A stretch of DNA of 64,000 nt, taken from an archaeon (GTDB lineage Archaea > Nanobdellota > Nanobdellia > Pacearchaeales > GW2011-AR1). Made by a program: the position numbers and the translations under genes. The stretch is taken from contig JABHTJ010000002.1 of NCBI GenBank assembly GCA_018697295.1, positions 162,955-226,954 of the forward strand. The letters are read 5' to 3'. The notes below the pieces were generated by a model that worked only from the letters and a program-made list of their open reading frames with translations, was not told the origin of the DNA and did no database searches. The first letter of the stretch is position 1; every line of letters begins with the position of its first letter. Shown here piece after piece: positions 19,144-29,016 of the stretch.

Positions 19144-19781
19144 TTTACTTTATATTTTTTATAATTTAAACAAAAATTCTCGTTTCCGGTTAGAAATTTC
19201 TCATAAGAATTGTCAATAATCTTAATTGCTTCATTACATGTCTTTACAGCAATTATTGGATTTAAATCTGATTTTTTCATTCTCCCATTTTTTACAGGAT
19301 ATTTTTCTAACCATGAAATTAGTTCGGGCCACATATTGCCAATAAGAATTATTGGAACATTACACGTTTGTTTTACTTGCATTAGTTGTAATGCGTAGAA
19401 AAATTCTAAAATTGTTCCAATGCCTCCAGTTGCAACAACAAACGCATTTGAGAGATTCATGAAATTATCGAGCCTGTTTGAAAACCTGCTGAACTGTTTT
19501 TTGATATCTAAGAATTTTGATGCTTTTTGTTCTGTTGGCAATTTAATCAATAGACCGATTGAGTGAGATTTTTTACCAGATTTTTTTCTTCCAATTCTAT
19601 GACCTTCGCTTGCTGCCTGCATAAGTCCGGGACCACCACCAGTTACTATATCAATTCCTCTCTTTCCCAACATTTCTGCAAGATTTGAAGTTTGTTTGTA
19701 ATATTTGTCATCTTTCTTTATTCTTGCAGAACCAAATATTGTTACTCTGAAATCTTTTCTTTTCCTTTCTTTTCTCATCAT
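19140..19781 (-). CDS. LOG family nucleotide phosphoribohydrolase
   Basis: IFGSAR, TGGGPGLM, GGIGTILE. Confidence 0.92.
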   Translation of the reverse strand: MMRKERKRKDFRVTIFGSARIKKDDKYYKQTSNLAEMLGKRGIDIVTGGGPGLMQAASEGHRIGRKKSGKKSHSIGLLIKLPTEQKASKFLDIKKQFSRFSNRLDNFMNLSNAFVVATGGIGTILEFFYALQLMQVKQTCNVPIILIGNMWPELISWLEKYPVKNGRMKKSDLNPIIAVKTCNEAIKIIDNSYEKFLTGNENFCLNYKKYKVN

Positions 19782-20401
19782 TTTGTCTTGATTATTTCTT
19801 TTAAAAATTTAGTTGGGTTTTTTGATTTCATGATCCATGAACTTACTAATATCCCCTTGCATCCGAGTTTATATGCAGTTGCTACATCTTCTTTTGAATT
19901 AATTCCTGCTCCGCATAATGGGATGATCCTTGTTTTTTCAAGACTTTTTACGAATGAGATTATTGGTTTTGGAAAATTTGTTATCGAGGTTTTTGAAGCT
20001 ATGAATTTGGGATTTTCATAAGCTATTGCATGTGGCCCTAGTTTTTTGAATTTTTTTAGTTCGCCTAAATTTTTTGTGCAAAGAATTACTTTAATGTTAT
20101 TTTTTTTACATTCCCTTATAGTCTCTTTTATTTGTTTTAATGGAATTTGATGTTCTGAATGATTTAGAATTGTTAGCTGTATCCCAATAGCTCCTAGTGC
20201 TTTTGGCGTGACATATCCCGTATCTCTGGAACTTGTTTTATCATCTACGTGTTGTGCGCAAGGAATTAATCTTGTCTTTTTTGTAATATCTTGTAGGTTA
20301 ATGATTGGTGCTGCAGCGATAATTTTTTTGCTAGAAATCTTTTTTGCAAATGCTAGAACTTCTTTTCCAGTTTTGTAATTTTTAAAATTGAGAATTATCA
20401 T
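19778..20401 (-). CDS. tpiA: Triosephosphate isomerase, archaeal short type
   Basis: LNFKNY, AQHVD, LNHSEH, AYENP, CGAGI. Confidence 0.92.
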   Translation of the reverse strand: MIILNFKNYKTGKEVLAFAKKISSKKIIAAAPIINLQDITKKTRLIPCAQHVDDKTSSRDTGYVTPKALGAIGIQLTILNHSEHQIPLKQIKETIRECKKNNIKVILCTKNLGELKKFKKLGPHAIAYENPKFIASKTSITNFPKPIISFVKSLEKTRIIPLCGAGINSKEDVATAYKLGCKGILVSSWIMKSKNPTKFLKEIIKTK

Positions 20402-21168
20402 TTTGCAAATAATATTTTTTTTATTTTTTTTATTAACTCATAGGGATTTTCACTTTGCCAAATATTTCTTCCGTATGCAAGACCAGTTCCTTTTGCATCT
20501 TTCAAGTCTTTTATTTCTTGTAGAAGTTTTTTCTCAGATTTTTTCAAGCCACCTGAAAGTATTACTTTGGTTTTTCCTGCAGATTTAACTGCCCATTCTA
20601 AATCAGATTTCTTTCCCTCATATCTTACTTTAACAAAATCTGCATCTAGCTCTAATGCAACTCTTGTTGCGTATGCCATAAGTTTCGTTTTTGATTTTCC
20701 TTTTATTGATTTTCCTCGAGGATACATCCAAATCATTGTTACAAGTCCGAACTTTTTCGCTTCTTCTTCTATTTTTGAGAATTCTTGCAACATTTTACTT
20801 TCGTGAATACTTCCCAGATAAATTGTATATCCAACCCCTATTGCTCCCAGATTTTTCGCTTCTTCGACTGAACAAACTTGGCGAGAAATTGGATCTCCCT
20901 TGACTAAATTTGTTTTTCCATTTAACTTAATCATTAATGGAATTTTACTTTTTTTAATTTCAGAACTATATTTTTCTGCAATTCCTTTTTGGAGGACAAG
21001 TGCATTTAATTTCGCCTTTTTTGCAATTTCAATTATATATTTTGGATCGACATTTTTATCATTAAAATCTGTTGGCCCGTGTTCAAGACCTTGATCATAA
21101 GGTAAAAATATTGCATTCTCTTTTTTTAAGAATTTTTTTATATTTTTCTTCACCATCTTTTCAATCAA
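20398..21168 (-). CDS. Class I fructose-bisphosphate aldolase (DhnA/FbaB type)
   Basis: YDQGLEHGP, WMYPRG, ADFVK, LSGG, YGRNIWQ. Confidence 0.92.
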   Translation of the reverse strand: MIEKMVKKNIKKFLKKENAIFLPYDQGLEHGPTDFNDKNVDPKYIIEIAKKAKLNALVLQKGIAEKYSSEIKKSKIPLMIKLNGKTNLVKGDPISRQVCSVEEAKNLGAIGVGYTIYLGSIHESKMLQEFSKIEEEAKKFGLVTMIWMYPRGKSIKGKSKTKLMAYATRVALELDADFVKVRYEGKKSDLEWAVKSAGKTKVILSGGLKKSEKKLLQEIKDLKDAKGTGLAYGRNIWQSENPYELIKKIKKILFAK

Positions 21169-21201
21169 AAGGTTTTTAATTATATAAAGTTATTTATCTC
21201 C

Positions 21202-21543
21202 ATGGAAAAATATGAAGAAAAGAGACCGTGGGGAGGATTTGAACAATTTACTTTTAATGAAATCTCGACGGTGAAAATTTTAGAGATTAGTCCGGGCCAG
21301 AAATTTTCATTGCAGTATCATAATAAGCGAAAAGAGTTTTGGCGGTTTTTGGATAATTCGGCGAAGGTGACTATTGGGGGGGAAGTGCGAGAGATGGCTG
21401 GTGGCGACGAAGTGATTATTCCTCCAAAGACGAACCATCGAATTGAGGCGCTTGATAAAACTGTAAGGGTTTTGGAAATTTCTTTTGGAGAGTTTGATGA
21501 AGATGATATTGTGCGTATTGAAGATGCGTATGGGCGAAAATGA
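21202..21543 (+). CDS. Stand-alone cupin, type II mannose-6-phosphate isomerase domain
   Basis: RPWG, SLQYH..R.EFW, HRI, EDDIVRIEDAYGR. Confidence 0.88.
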   Translation: MEKYEEKRPWGGFEQFTFNEISTVKILEISPGQKFSLQYHNKRKEFWRFLDNSAKVTIGGEVREMAGGDEVIIPPKTNHRIEALDKTVRVLEISFGEFDEDDIVRIEDAYGRK

Positions 21544-21592
21544 ATGTGGTTGAATGGCTAACTTGGTAGATAAAAAATTTAGGTGAAATATA

Positions 21593-22354
21593 ATGGGGAA
21601 ACAAAAATTAATTCGTGAACTTACAAAAAAAGATTTGAAGAAAATAAAACTTATTGCTTTTGATGTTGACGGGGTTTTGGTCCCTCGGGGAACTAAGATT
21701 AAACAAACTGGGAATGTGACGCGTTTGGAGACAAAAAGAATTTTGCCTGAACAAGTTGAACAGATAAAGAATCTTCACTTTCTTGGATTTAAAATTACTA
21801 TTAATTCTGGGCGAGGACTTTATATGCTCCAAGATATGTTTAGGGAGGTTCTTCCATTTGTTAGTCTAACTTATGAAAATGGGAGTGCAACATGGTATCA
21901 AGGAAATATTCATCAGCACGTGAATTCATTTAAATCGCTTTATAGGGTCTATTCTGATTTAAAATCTGTTCGAAGTAAATATATTAAGGGATTTGAACAA
22001 AAAGAATTTATTATTACTATTCATTGCACTAATCGGGTTAAACGAATTGAGGAAATAGTTTCTAAACATAGAAATTTGTACACTATTTGGAATGGAGAGG
22101 CTTATGATATTGGGATGCGAAATATTCAGCAAAAATCTCGTGGGTTGCAATCTTTTATGAAAGTCTTGAAACTTAAGAAGAAAAATGTTCTCGCGATAGG
22201 AGATAATTATAATGATCGCGATTTGCTTAGTAGTGCTGGTATTCGGGTAAGTGCAGATAAGGCTCGTTTGAAAGGAGACTTTTACATTGAACTTAATAAA
22301 AAAAATCTTCCTGCAAAACAATTAATGGGTCAAATTATTGCTGTTTGTTCTTAA
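21593..22354 (+). CDS. HAD-IIB family phosphatase/mutase
   Basis: FDVDGVL, SGRG, ENG, IGDNYND. Confidence 0.85.
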   Translation: MGKQKLIRELTKKDLKKIKLIAFDVDGVLVPRGTKIKQTGNVTRLETKRILPEQVEQIKNLHFLGFKITINSGRGLYMLQDMFREVLPFVSLTYENGSATWYQGNIHQHVNSFKSLYRVYSDLKSVRSKYIKGFEQKEFIITIHCTNRVKRIEEIVSKHRNLYTIWNGEAYDIGMRNIQQKSRGLQSFMKVLKLKKKNVLAIGDNYNDRDLLSSAGIRVSADKARLKGDFYIELNKKNLPAKQLMGQIIAVCS

Positions 22355-22435
22355 GAGAGATTTTTTGGTGAAATTTTAAAAAAAGTTCTATTTTTTGGAT
22401 AAGGAAGGCTTAAATATGTTGGAATCATCCGGATT

Positions 22436-24658
22436 ATGTATACAATGGCGAGTCAAATTGGTTCTTCTTCAGGAAATTCCCATATTCTTTTTTTAGGAAC
22501 CTATCCTCCGCGCGAATGTGGAATTGCAACATTCACAAAAGATTTGACTACGGCAATTGAGAAGAAATTTTCCCCTTCTCTGAAAATAAAAATTGCTGCA
22601 GTTAATAAAAATGGCTCTAATATGTATAATTATCCGGAATCTGTAGTTTACAAGATAAGTGACAGTGAACGTGGAGATTATGTTCGGCTTGCACGTGAAG
22701 TAAATAGTGATGACTCGATTTCCTGCGTCTGTATTCAACACGAATATGGGATTTTTGGGGGAAACTATGGTTCTTATTTGCTTGATTTTTTACGAGAAGT
22801 TACTAAGCCAGTCATAGTTACTTTTCATTCTCTTCTTCCTCGTCCCAATCCTGAGATTCGAGAAGTTACTCGTCAAATTGCAGAATATGCTCAAGAGATA
22901 GTTATTATGAATCGAAAAGGAATTGAGATTTTGAAGAATGACTATGAGGTTACGGAGAATGTTACTGTTATTCCTCATGGGATTCCCAACGTTGCATTTA
23001 ATTCACAAAAAATTTCCAAGAAGCGACTTGGGCTAAAAGATCGAGTGATTATTTCTTCGTTTGGAATGGTTGGCCCAGGTAAAGGCTACGAAGAAGTAAT
23101 CAGGAGTTTACCTTCAGTTGTTGAAAAATTTCCAAATTTGACTTATTTAATTGTTGGCCAGACACATCCAGTTGTTCGAAAAAATGAGGGGGAAAATTAT
23201 AGGAATTTTTTAGAACAGACTGCAAAAGACTTGGGACTTACAAATAATGTTAAATTTTATAATAGGTACTTGAGTCTTGCTGAAATTATTAAGTTTTTGT
23301 CTGCGAGTGATGTATATATGATGAGTAATCAGAATCCCAATCAAATTACCAGTGGCCCTCTCGTATATTCTATGGGTGTTGGCCGTGCAATCATTTCGAC
23401 GCCATTTTTGCATGCACAAGAAGAAGTTACTCCTGGGAGGGGATTTTTGACCTCATTTGGGAGTTCGAAAGAATTTTCTGATTCACTTCTTACTATCTTA
23501 TCGGATGATGAGCTTCGTCACACTATGGAAAAAAATAATTATTTAGCTACTCGGCGTATGATTTGGTCCAATGTTGCCCTTTCCTATAAAATGCTTTTTG
23601 AAAAACATATCCTCATTTCCTCTGATCATGAACTTAATCTTCCAAAAATTAATACGCGACATTTACTTCGGTTGACGAATAAATTTGGGATGGTGCAATT
23701 TACGAAGCATTTGCGACCAGATATTAGCTCTGGATATACTCTTGATGATAATGCACGGGCACTGCATGCAAGTGCAATGCTTTATTCGAGAAATAGGGAT
23801 CCTGAAATGATTCCCCTCATTAAGATTTATTTAAATTATATTTCCTATGTTCAAAATGCTGAAGGGAAGTTGTTTAATGTTGTCGACAAACATCGGAACG
23901 TGATTTTTGATGAATATAGTGAGGAAGCTGAAGGGAGAGCGATTGAAGCACTCGGATATATTTGCTCTCTTGATTCGATTCCTCGAGATATTAGGGGGAT
24001 GGCTGAAATACTTCTCCTTAAAACTGTTGAAGCACCTCATAGCTATTCTTCTCCCCGTACGGTTGCTTCTACTGTTATTGGTCTTTGTAATTATAATCGG
24101 TACCGATATTCTGAATCAATGCTTGCACGGATTCGAATTATGTGTGATTTTTTAGTTTCGATTTATCGTGATCATGTGAGTGAAACGTGGAAATGGTTTG
24201 AACCTTATTTAACTTATGATAATTCAAAACTTAGTGGGGCGTTATTGCATGCATATATGCAGACTCAGGAAAGAGACTATTTGGATGTGGGAATTTCCTC
24301 TCTTGATTTTTTAATTGGAAAACAGTTTGAAAATGGGGTTTTTGTTCCAATTGGACAAAGAGAATGGTGTCATAAGGGGGCGGATGAGGCCCGAAGTTAT
24401 TTTGATCAGCAACCCGTCGAGGCTGCTTCAAAGATATTTTCCCTTCTTCTCGCACATCAGATTTTTCCTGATCGTGGATATAAGGAACGTGCAGTTGGAG
24501 TAATTCAATGGTTTTTTGGGAAGAACACGTTGTGTCAGAGCGTTTATAATGATACGACTGGTGGATGCCATGATGGGCTTGGCGAGCAGACAATTAATTT
24601 AAATCAGGGTGCTGAGTCCACACTCGCATATTTGATGTCTCGATTAAGTTTTGATTAA
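22436..24658 (+). CDS. GT4 glycosyltransferase fused to a C-terminal (alpha/alpha)-barrel-like domain
   Basis: TYPPRECGIATFT, QHEYGIFGG, IPHG, GQTHP, TSGPL; C-terminal YTLDDNARAL, FDQQPVEA, NQGAES. Confidence 0.88.
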   Translation: MYTMASQIGSSSGNSHILFLGTYPPRECGIATFTKDLTTAIEKKFSPSLKIKIAAVNKNGSNMYNYPESVVYKISDSERGDYVRLAREVNSDDSISCVCIQHEYGIFGGNYGSYLLDFLREVTKPVIVTFHSLLPRPNPEIREVTRQIAEYAQEIVIMNRKGIEILKNDYEVTENVTVIPHGIPNVAFNSQKISKKRLGLKDRVIISSFGMVGPGKGYEEVIRSLPSVVEKFPNLTYLIVGQTHPVVRKNEGENYRNFLEQTAKDLGLTNNVKFYNRYLSLAEIIKFLSASDVYMMSNQNPNQITSGPLVYSMGVGRAIISTPFLHAQEEVTPGRGFLTSFGSSKEFSDSLLTILSDDELRHTMEKNNYLATRRMIWSNVALSYKMLFEKHILISSDHELNLPKINTRHLLRLTNKFGMVQFTKHLRPDISSGYTLDDNARALHASAMLYSRNRDPEMIPLIKIYLNYISYVQNAEGKLFNVVDKHRNVIFDEYSEEAEGRAIEALGYICSLDSIPRDIRGMAEILLLKTVEAPHSYSSPRTVASTVIGLCNYNRYRYSESMLARIRIMCDFLVSIYRDHVSETWKWFEPYLTYDNSKLSGALLHAYMQTQERDYLDVGISSLDFLIGKQFENGVFVPIGQREWCHKGADEARSYFDQQPVEAASKIFSLLLAHQIFPDRGYKERAVGVIQWFFGKNTLCQSVYNDTTGGCHDGLGEQTINLNQGAESTLAYLMSRLSFD

Positions 24659-25788
24659 GTTTTGAGACGCTTATTATTTTTAGAAGTTGGAGTTTTACTT
24701 TCTATTTTCTCTTCTTTTGGTGCATGATATTCAAGGCTGTTTAGAATATCTTCTATTGTAATTTTTCTCATAGTAATTACTCTATCTGCACCTCCGGAAA
24801 ATATAAGGACGCTCTTGCCGTCAAGATCTGGTACCATCCCTGTTGGAAATGCTACTTGGTTGACGAAGCCATTTTTTTCAAAATCTTCTTCTGGACCAAA
24901 AAGTGGTTTATTTTTTGGAGATCTTGCAATTACTTTTTCAGGTGATTTTAAATCTAAAAGTACTGCTCCTGCAGAATATACTTTTTTATCTTTTTCTTTT
25001 TTTATCCCGTGATGGATAAGAAGCCAGCCTTTGGCAGTTTTTATAGGGGGGGGACCTGCCCCAATTCTTGCCTCATCCCAAGATTCCTTTCTTGGATGAA
25101 TTATGCTTGTTTCTTCGCCCCAATATTTTAAGTCCGGAGAATAAGATATCCAAATTGAAGGGTCTGAAAAATTAAGGGAACCTTCTGGTCGATGAAGGGC
25201 CACATATCTTCCTCCAATTTTTTCAGGAAATAGGACTACATTCTTATTTTGTTTGCAGAAAATAATTCCTTTTCGTTGCCATTTAGTTGCATCTGGAGAA
25301 GTTGCGAGAGAACCGCAGATTCCGGTGTCTTCTGAGACCGTTACGTACGTCATGAAGTAGGTTTTGTTGATTTTAACGATTCTTGGATCTTCGACTCCAA
25401 AATTTCCTTCAGTTTTATTTCCTGTAAATGATGGGACAGAAGCAATTTTTTCAACTTTAGTTCCTGTCTCATCAAGCGTTATTTTTCTTAAATGGGAAAT
25501 GTGAGTCATTAGACAAATTCCTTCTTTTAAAAACATGTATTCTTCAACTTCGGTTGCAATTTCTGATTTATCTACTAAAAGATTGTGGGTTTTTCCTTTT
25601 CCGGAAATATAGGGGCACATTTTTTGACCTTCATGTTCGTGTACTGCACTTTCTGCTACGCGTGCATAGAGAACTATTTTATTGTTTGGAAGTCTTATTG
25701 CTGCAGGATTTAGAACTCCCACTACTTCCCATTTAGGAAATGAAGGTTTTATGTCTTCGGGCTTTACTAAAAGTATCGGTTTTGTCAT
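24655..25788 (-). CDS. GH130-family glycosidase/phosphorylase
   Basis: LNPAA, GVEDPRI, KNVVLFPE, LHRP, IGAGPPPI, VAFPTG; start at 25788 overlaps the upstream stop (ATGA). Confidence 0.88.
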   Translation of the reverse strand: MTKPILLVKPEDIKPSFPKWEVVGVLNPAAIRLPNNKIVLYARVAESAVHEHEGQKMCPYISGKGKTHNLLVDKSEIATEVEEYMFLKEGICLMTHISHLRKITLDETGTKVEKIASVPSFTGNKTEGNFGVEDPRIVKINKTYFMTYVTVSEDTGICGSLATSPDATKWQRKGIIFCKQNKNVVLFPEKIGGRYVALHRPEGSLNFSDPSIWISYSPDLKYWGEETSIIHPRKESWDEARIGAGPPPIKTAKGWLLIHHGIKKEKDKKVYSAGAVLLDLKSPEKVIARSPKNKPLFGPEEDFEKNGFVNQVAFPTGMVPDLDGKSVLIFSGGADRVITMRKITIEDILNSLEYHAPKEEKIESKTPTSKNNKRLKT

Positions 25789-26738
25789 GCTTGATATAAT
25801 TGTGTTTCTGGATGAAATGCATACCATGCAAACCAAAAATCACGCTCCTTTACTATTTCTTCATCGCTATCGACCTTTATTATCTTTACTATTCCGCTTT
25901 CATCTCGAGTAATTTTTATTTTTATTTCAGCGACTGTGTCAGTAATTGGTTGGAGCGCAATTACATCCTCTTCTTTATACGCCTTATAGGTCCCATCAAT
26001 TTCGATTCCAAAGATTACTGTTTTTGGATGGACTGAATCGTCTTCATTTTCTACAGGAAATAGGGTAAATGAGTTTTCATAATAACTTCCATACGGGTCA
26101 TTTCCATAATTTCGATTAAATCCTGTTTCTTGACTAAGAACTTGAGAGTCTGAATGAGTTACTTTCCAATCCCTCCATACGACTGTGTCAATTGATATTT
26201 CTTTTAATTCTGTTCCAGTTAATTGTCCGGTTACTGCGATTCCATCTATTTGTGTCCAATATGATTCTGTTAATCTGTCATACATAATTAAATTTGAATT
26301 GTATAGTTTTCCTGAAGTTCCAAATTCTACAATCTCTCCATTAATTATTCTCTCGTATGCAATTCCAGAACCGCAGAGAGGACAGTAAGTAATTACTATT
26401 GGATCGCCTGCAATAAAATCATTTACGATTTCGTGCCAGACTAAAATCTGGAGTGGGTATACTCTCTTTTCTCCCTTGTAGATTATTGCTAAAACTAATT
26501 CATTATCTTCAATCCAATTGTCTGCTTCTCCCATACTTACGAATTTTGGGTCATCAATACTTGGGATCCCATCTTTTGGAGGCCCTCCTGAAACTATTTT
26601 TGAAATATCAAATTCATTACTATTTTGAGAATTTTTATCTTCTAATTTTTCACTTTCTTGACTTTTTGAAGTCATATCGAAAATAAATAATCCAAGTAAT
26701 AGAATTATTCCTATTGCTATTAGATATTTTTTATTCAT
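25785..26738 (-). CDS. DUF3179 family exported protein
   Basis: N-terminal TM; GGPPKDGIPSID, WHEIVND, TYCPLCGSG, FWFAW. Confidence 0.88.
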   Translation of the reverse strand: MNKKYLIAIGIILLLGLFIFDMTSKSQESEKLEDKNSQNSNEFDISKIVSGGPPKDGIPSIDDPKFVSMGEADNWIEDNELVLAIIYKGEKRVYPLQILVWHEIVNDFIAGDPIVITYCPLCGSGIAYERIINGEIVEFGTSGKLYNSNLIMYDRLTESYWTQIDGIAVTGQLTGTELKEISIDTVVWRDWKVTHSDSQVLSQETGFNRNYGNDPYGSYYENSFTLFPVENEDDSVHPKTVIFGIEIDGTYKAYKEEDVIALQPITDTVAEIKIKITRDESGIVKIIKVDSDEEIVKERDFWFAWYAFHPETQLYQA

Positions 26739-27442
26739 TAGAGAATTAATTCCTGAATTTTAAATACTGAGAAAAGATAGTATGATGCAATTGCAAGCAT
26801 AATTATTCCTGTGATTATATTAATTTTTCTTTTTTGATTTGTTAAAAATTTAATTATTTTTTGAGTTTTGTATTGTGACATGTAAGAGAAAAGAAGTAAT
26901 GGTGTTGCCATTCCGATTCCGAAGAGAACGAAATTAATGAGATTATTAATAAAGCTAATTGTTGAAGTGGATATTGCGAAGAGAATTACGAGGGAGGCTG
27001 GGTTGCAGGGGATTACGATTGCCCCGAAGAAAAGGCCGAAAAGAAAAGAAGTCTTCGTAGGGTTTGTTCCTGTTTTAATAGAATATTTGGGTAGAAATTT
27101 TGTAAAGTCTACATCGAATATAAGGAGGATACTTACAACTGCTAGAATTGCAAATGCTATTGGCGAGATTATTCCAATTACATTTGTAAGAGATTCTTTT
27201 AAGATGAATGAAAAAATTAATCCTAATGTGAACATCGAAGTAATTATTCCGGCAGTTATTATCCATGCGAATTTAATTATTTGTTTTCCCGTTTCTTTTG
27301 GATTTGGAGAAGTATTATTGCCTGTTGCAATTGACGCTAGATATGCTAGGAATCCTGGATATAGGGGAAGAACGCACACTGCTGCGAGCGGTGCGATAAT
27401 TCCTGCAAAAAATGACAACCAGTAATTTATGAGTATTTCCAT
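26738..27442 (-). CDS. ccdA: CcdA/DsbD-type transmembrane electron transporter
   Basis: About six TM helices; CVLPLYP and IPCN cysteine motifs. Confidence 0.85.
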   Translation of the reverse strand: MEILINYWLSFFAGIIAPLAAVCVLPLYPGFLAYLASIATGNNTSPNPKETGKQIIKFAWIITAGIITSMFTLGLIFSFILKESLTNVIGIISPIAFAILAVVSILLIFDVDFTKFLPKYSIKTGTNPTKTSFLFGLFFGAIVIPCNPASLVILFAISTSTISFINNLINFVLFGIGMATPLLLFSYMSQYKTQKIIKFLTNQKRKINIITGIIMLAIASYYLFSVFKIQELIL

Positions 27443-27459
27443 AGTTATTTTGATTTAAT

Positions 27460-28029
27460 TTAACAAGAGGCAATATGCTGAGCTAATTCTCCTGAATCTT
27501 TTACTCCGTTTTCGAGCAATTGGACATTTCCATCGGGGCAAATAATTATTGTTGGTGCTTGGGGGGCGTTTGCAACTGTTGGTCCAAATTCTTCAATGAG
27601 CTCTTTGGTTAGACTTACAGGAGAGACAGAGAAAAACCATTCAAACCCATTTTTTTCTGCATGGCCTTTTACTTTTTCTTCGTCTTCGTTTGGGTCGATG
27701 TCAAGGGAAATATGGATTGAGTTATCTCCTGAATCTATTAATTTTTTTATTTCTTGCTGTTGTTTTCTACACGTTGGGCACCAAACTGCAAATGTTTCTA
27801 AGATGATTACTTGGCCATCATAGTCACTTATTTTATATTCCTGGCTAGTTAGTGTGTCTTTTAGAGTTATATCTCTCCAAGAAATTTCTTCATTATTTCC
27901 TTGAGTTATGGGCTCGTCAAATTCTCCAGAATATACATCTTCGTAAACATTATTGGGGAGGCTTGTCCAGATAAAAATTGTTGCTGCCAATACTAGTACT
28001 GCAATGAATATTTTTCCTCTTGTTTTCAT
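27460..28029 (-). CDS. Membrane-anchored TlpA-like thioredoxin (redoxin)
   Basis: N-terminal TM; FAVWCPTC; APTIII. Confidence 0.88.
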   Translation of the reverse strand: MKTRGKIFIAVLVLAATIFIWTSLPNNVYEDVYSGEFDEPITQGNNEEISWRDITLKDTLTSQEYKISDYDGQVIILETFAVWCPTCRKQQQEIKKLIDSGDNSIHISLDIDPNEDEEKVKGHAEKNGFEWFFSVSPVSLTKELIEEFGPTVANAPQAPTIIICPDGNVQLLENGVKDSGELAQHIASC

Positions 28030-28092
28030 GGTGAATCTCTTGTTAACATACGTTAACGTTTATTTATAAGTTTTTGGCAGTCGGTGTTAACC

Positions 28093-28902
28093 TTACTTAA
28101 ACATTTTTTTATATTCGGGGACGATGTCTTTAGTAAACTTTTTCATGCCTTCAACTGTTTTGGAGTGTGAAATTAATTTTTCAATTATTTTGAATGTAAC
28201 TGTTGCAATATCTGCTCCTGCTGTTTCACATTCACGTAATTGTTTTTGGTTTCGAATACTTGCAGCTAGAACTTCAGTTTTTATTTTTGATCGTTTAAAG
28301 TTAGTGCTAATTTTTTCAATTAAATTAACTCCTGAAATAATTCCCTTATCTTCTAATCTTTTTTTGTGTTTTTTGAATCCTTCCTTTGGAAAGTAATCGT
28401 TTTTTTCAAATTTGATTCTTCCCATTTCCCTAATGTAATCGTCCTCTCTTCCTACAAAGGGACTTACATAATTTGCTCCAGCTTTTGCAGCGAGTGTTGC
28501 TTGCTCTGGTGTGAAAATTAGGGTGCAGTTTATCTTAATTTTTGATTTATGGAGTGTTTGAATTGCCTGTATGCCGTCAGACTTCATGCTACAAGATTTT
28601 TGCAAGCAAGGGTTGATAGGAATTTTAACATAGACATTTCTTGAAATTTTATTAAATTTTTTGTGGAGAATTTTTCCTTCTCGGACCATTTCTTCATAAT
28701 CTGTTCCAATAACTTCTAATGAAACGGGAATTGTTTTGCAAACTTTTAGAAGTTTTTTGATATATGTTTCAAGATTTTTTACTTTATATTTTTCAGCAGC
28801 TTTTTTTATGAGGGAAGGGTTAGTTGTAACACCCTCTAGAATTCCCCATGATTTCACTTTTTTGATTTCTTCAATATCTGCTGAGTCTAAGAATAATTTC
28901 AT
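28093..28902 (-). CDS. tal: Transaldolase / fructose-6-phosphate aldolase family
   Basis: LFLDSA, GVTTNPSL, VKIP, NCTLIF, YVSPFVGR, LAASIR. Confidence 0.92.
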   Translation of the reverse strand: MKLFLDSADIEEIKKVKSWGILEGVTTNPSLIKKAAEKYKVKNLETYIKKLLKVCKTIPVSLEVIGTDYEEMVREGKILHKKFNKISRNVYVKIPINPCLQKSCSMKSDGIQAIQTLHKSKIKINCTLIFTPEQATLAAKAGANYVSPFVGREDDYIREMGRIKFEKNDYFPKEGFKKHKKRLEDKGIISGVNLIEKISTNFKRSKIKTEVLAASIRNQKQLRECETAGADIATVTFKIIEKLISHSKTVEGMKKFTKDIVPEYKKMFK

Positions 28903-29015
28903 TAATTTCTTTCTTTTTGGCAAAAAGAAATTTCTCTTCCACCCAATTGGTGTGCCCCTGTTAGGGCAAAGTAGAAAAACTTATTCCAAAACTTTGTTTT
29001 GACATTTAATTCCAT
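28902..29015 (-). CDS. Putative 37-aa small protein between trxB and tal (not in ORF track)
   Basis: MELNVKTKFWNKFFYFALTGAHQLGGREISFCQKERN*; starts 1 nt after the trxB stop and its TAA overlaps the tal ATG (TAATG). Confidence 0.45.
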   Translation of the reverse strand: MELNVKTKFWNKFFYFALTGAHQLGGREISFCQKERN

Positions 29016-29016
29016 T

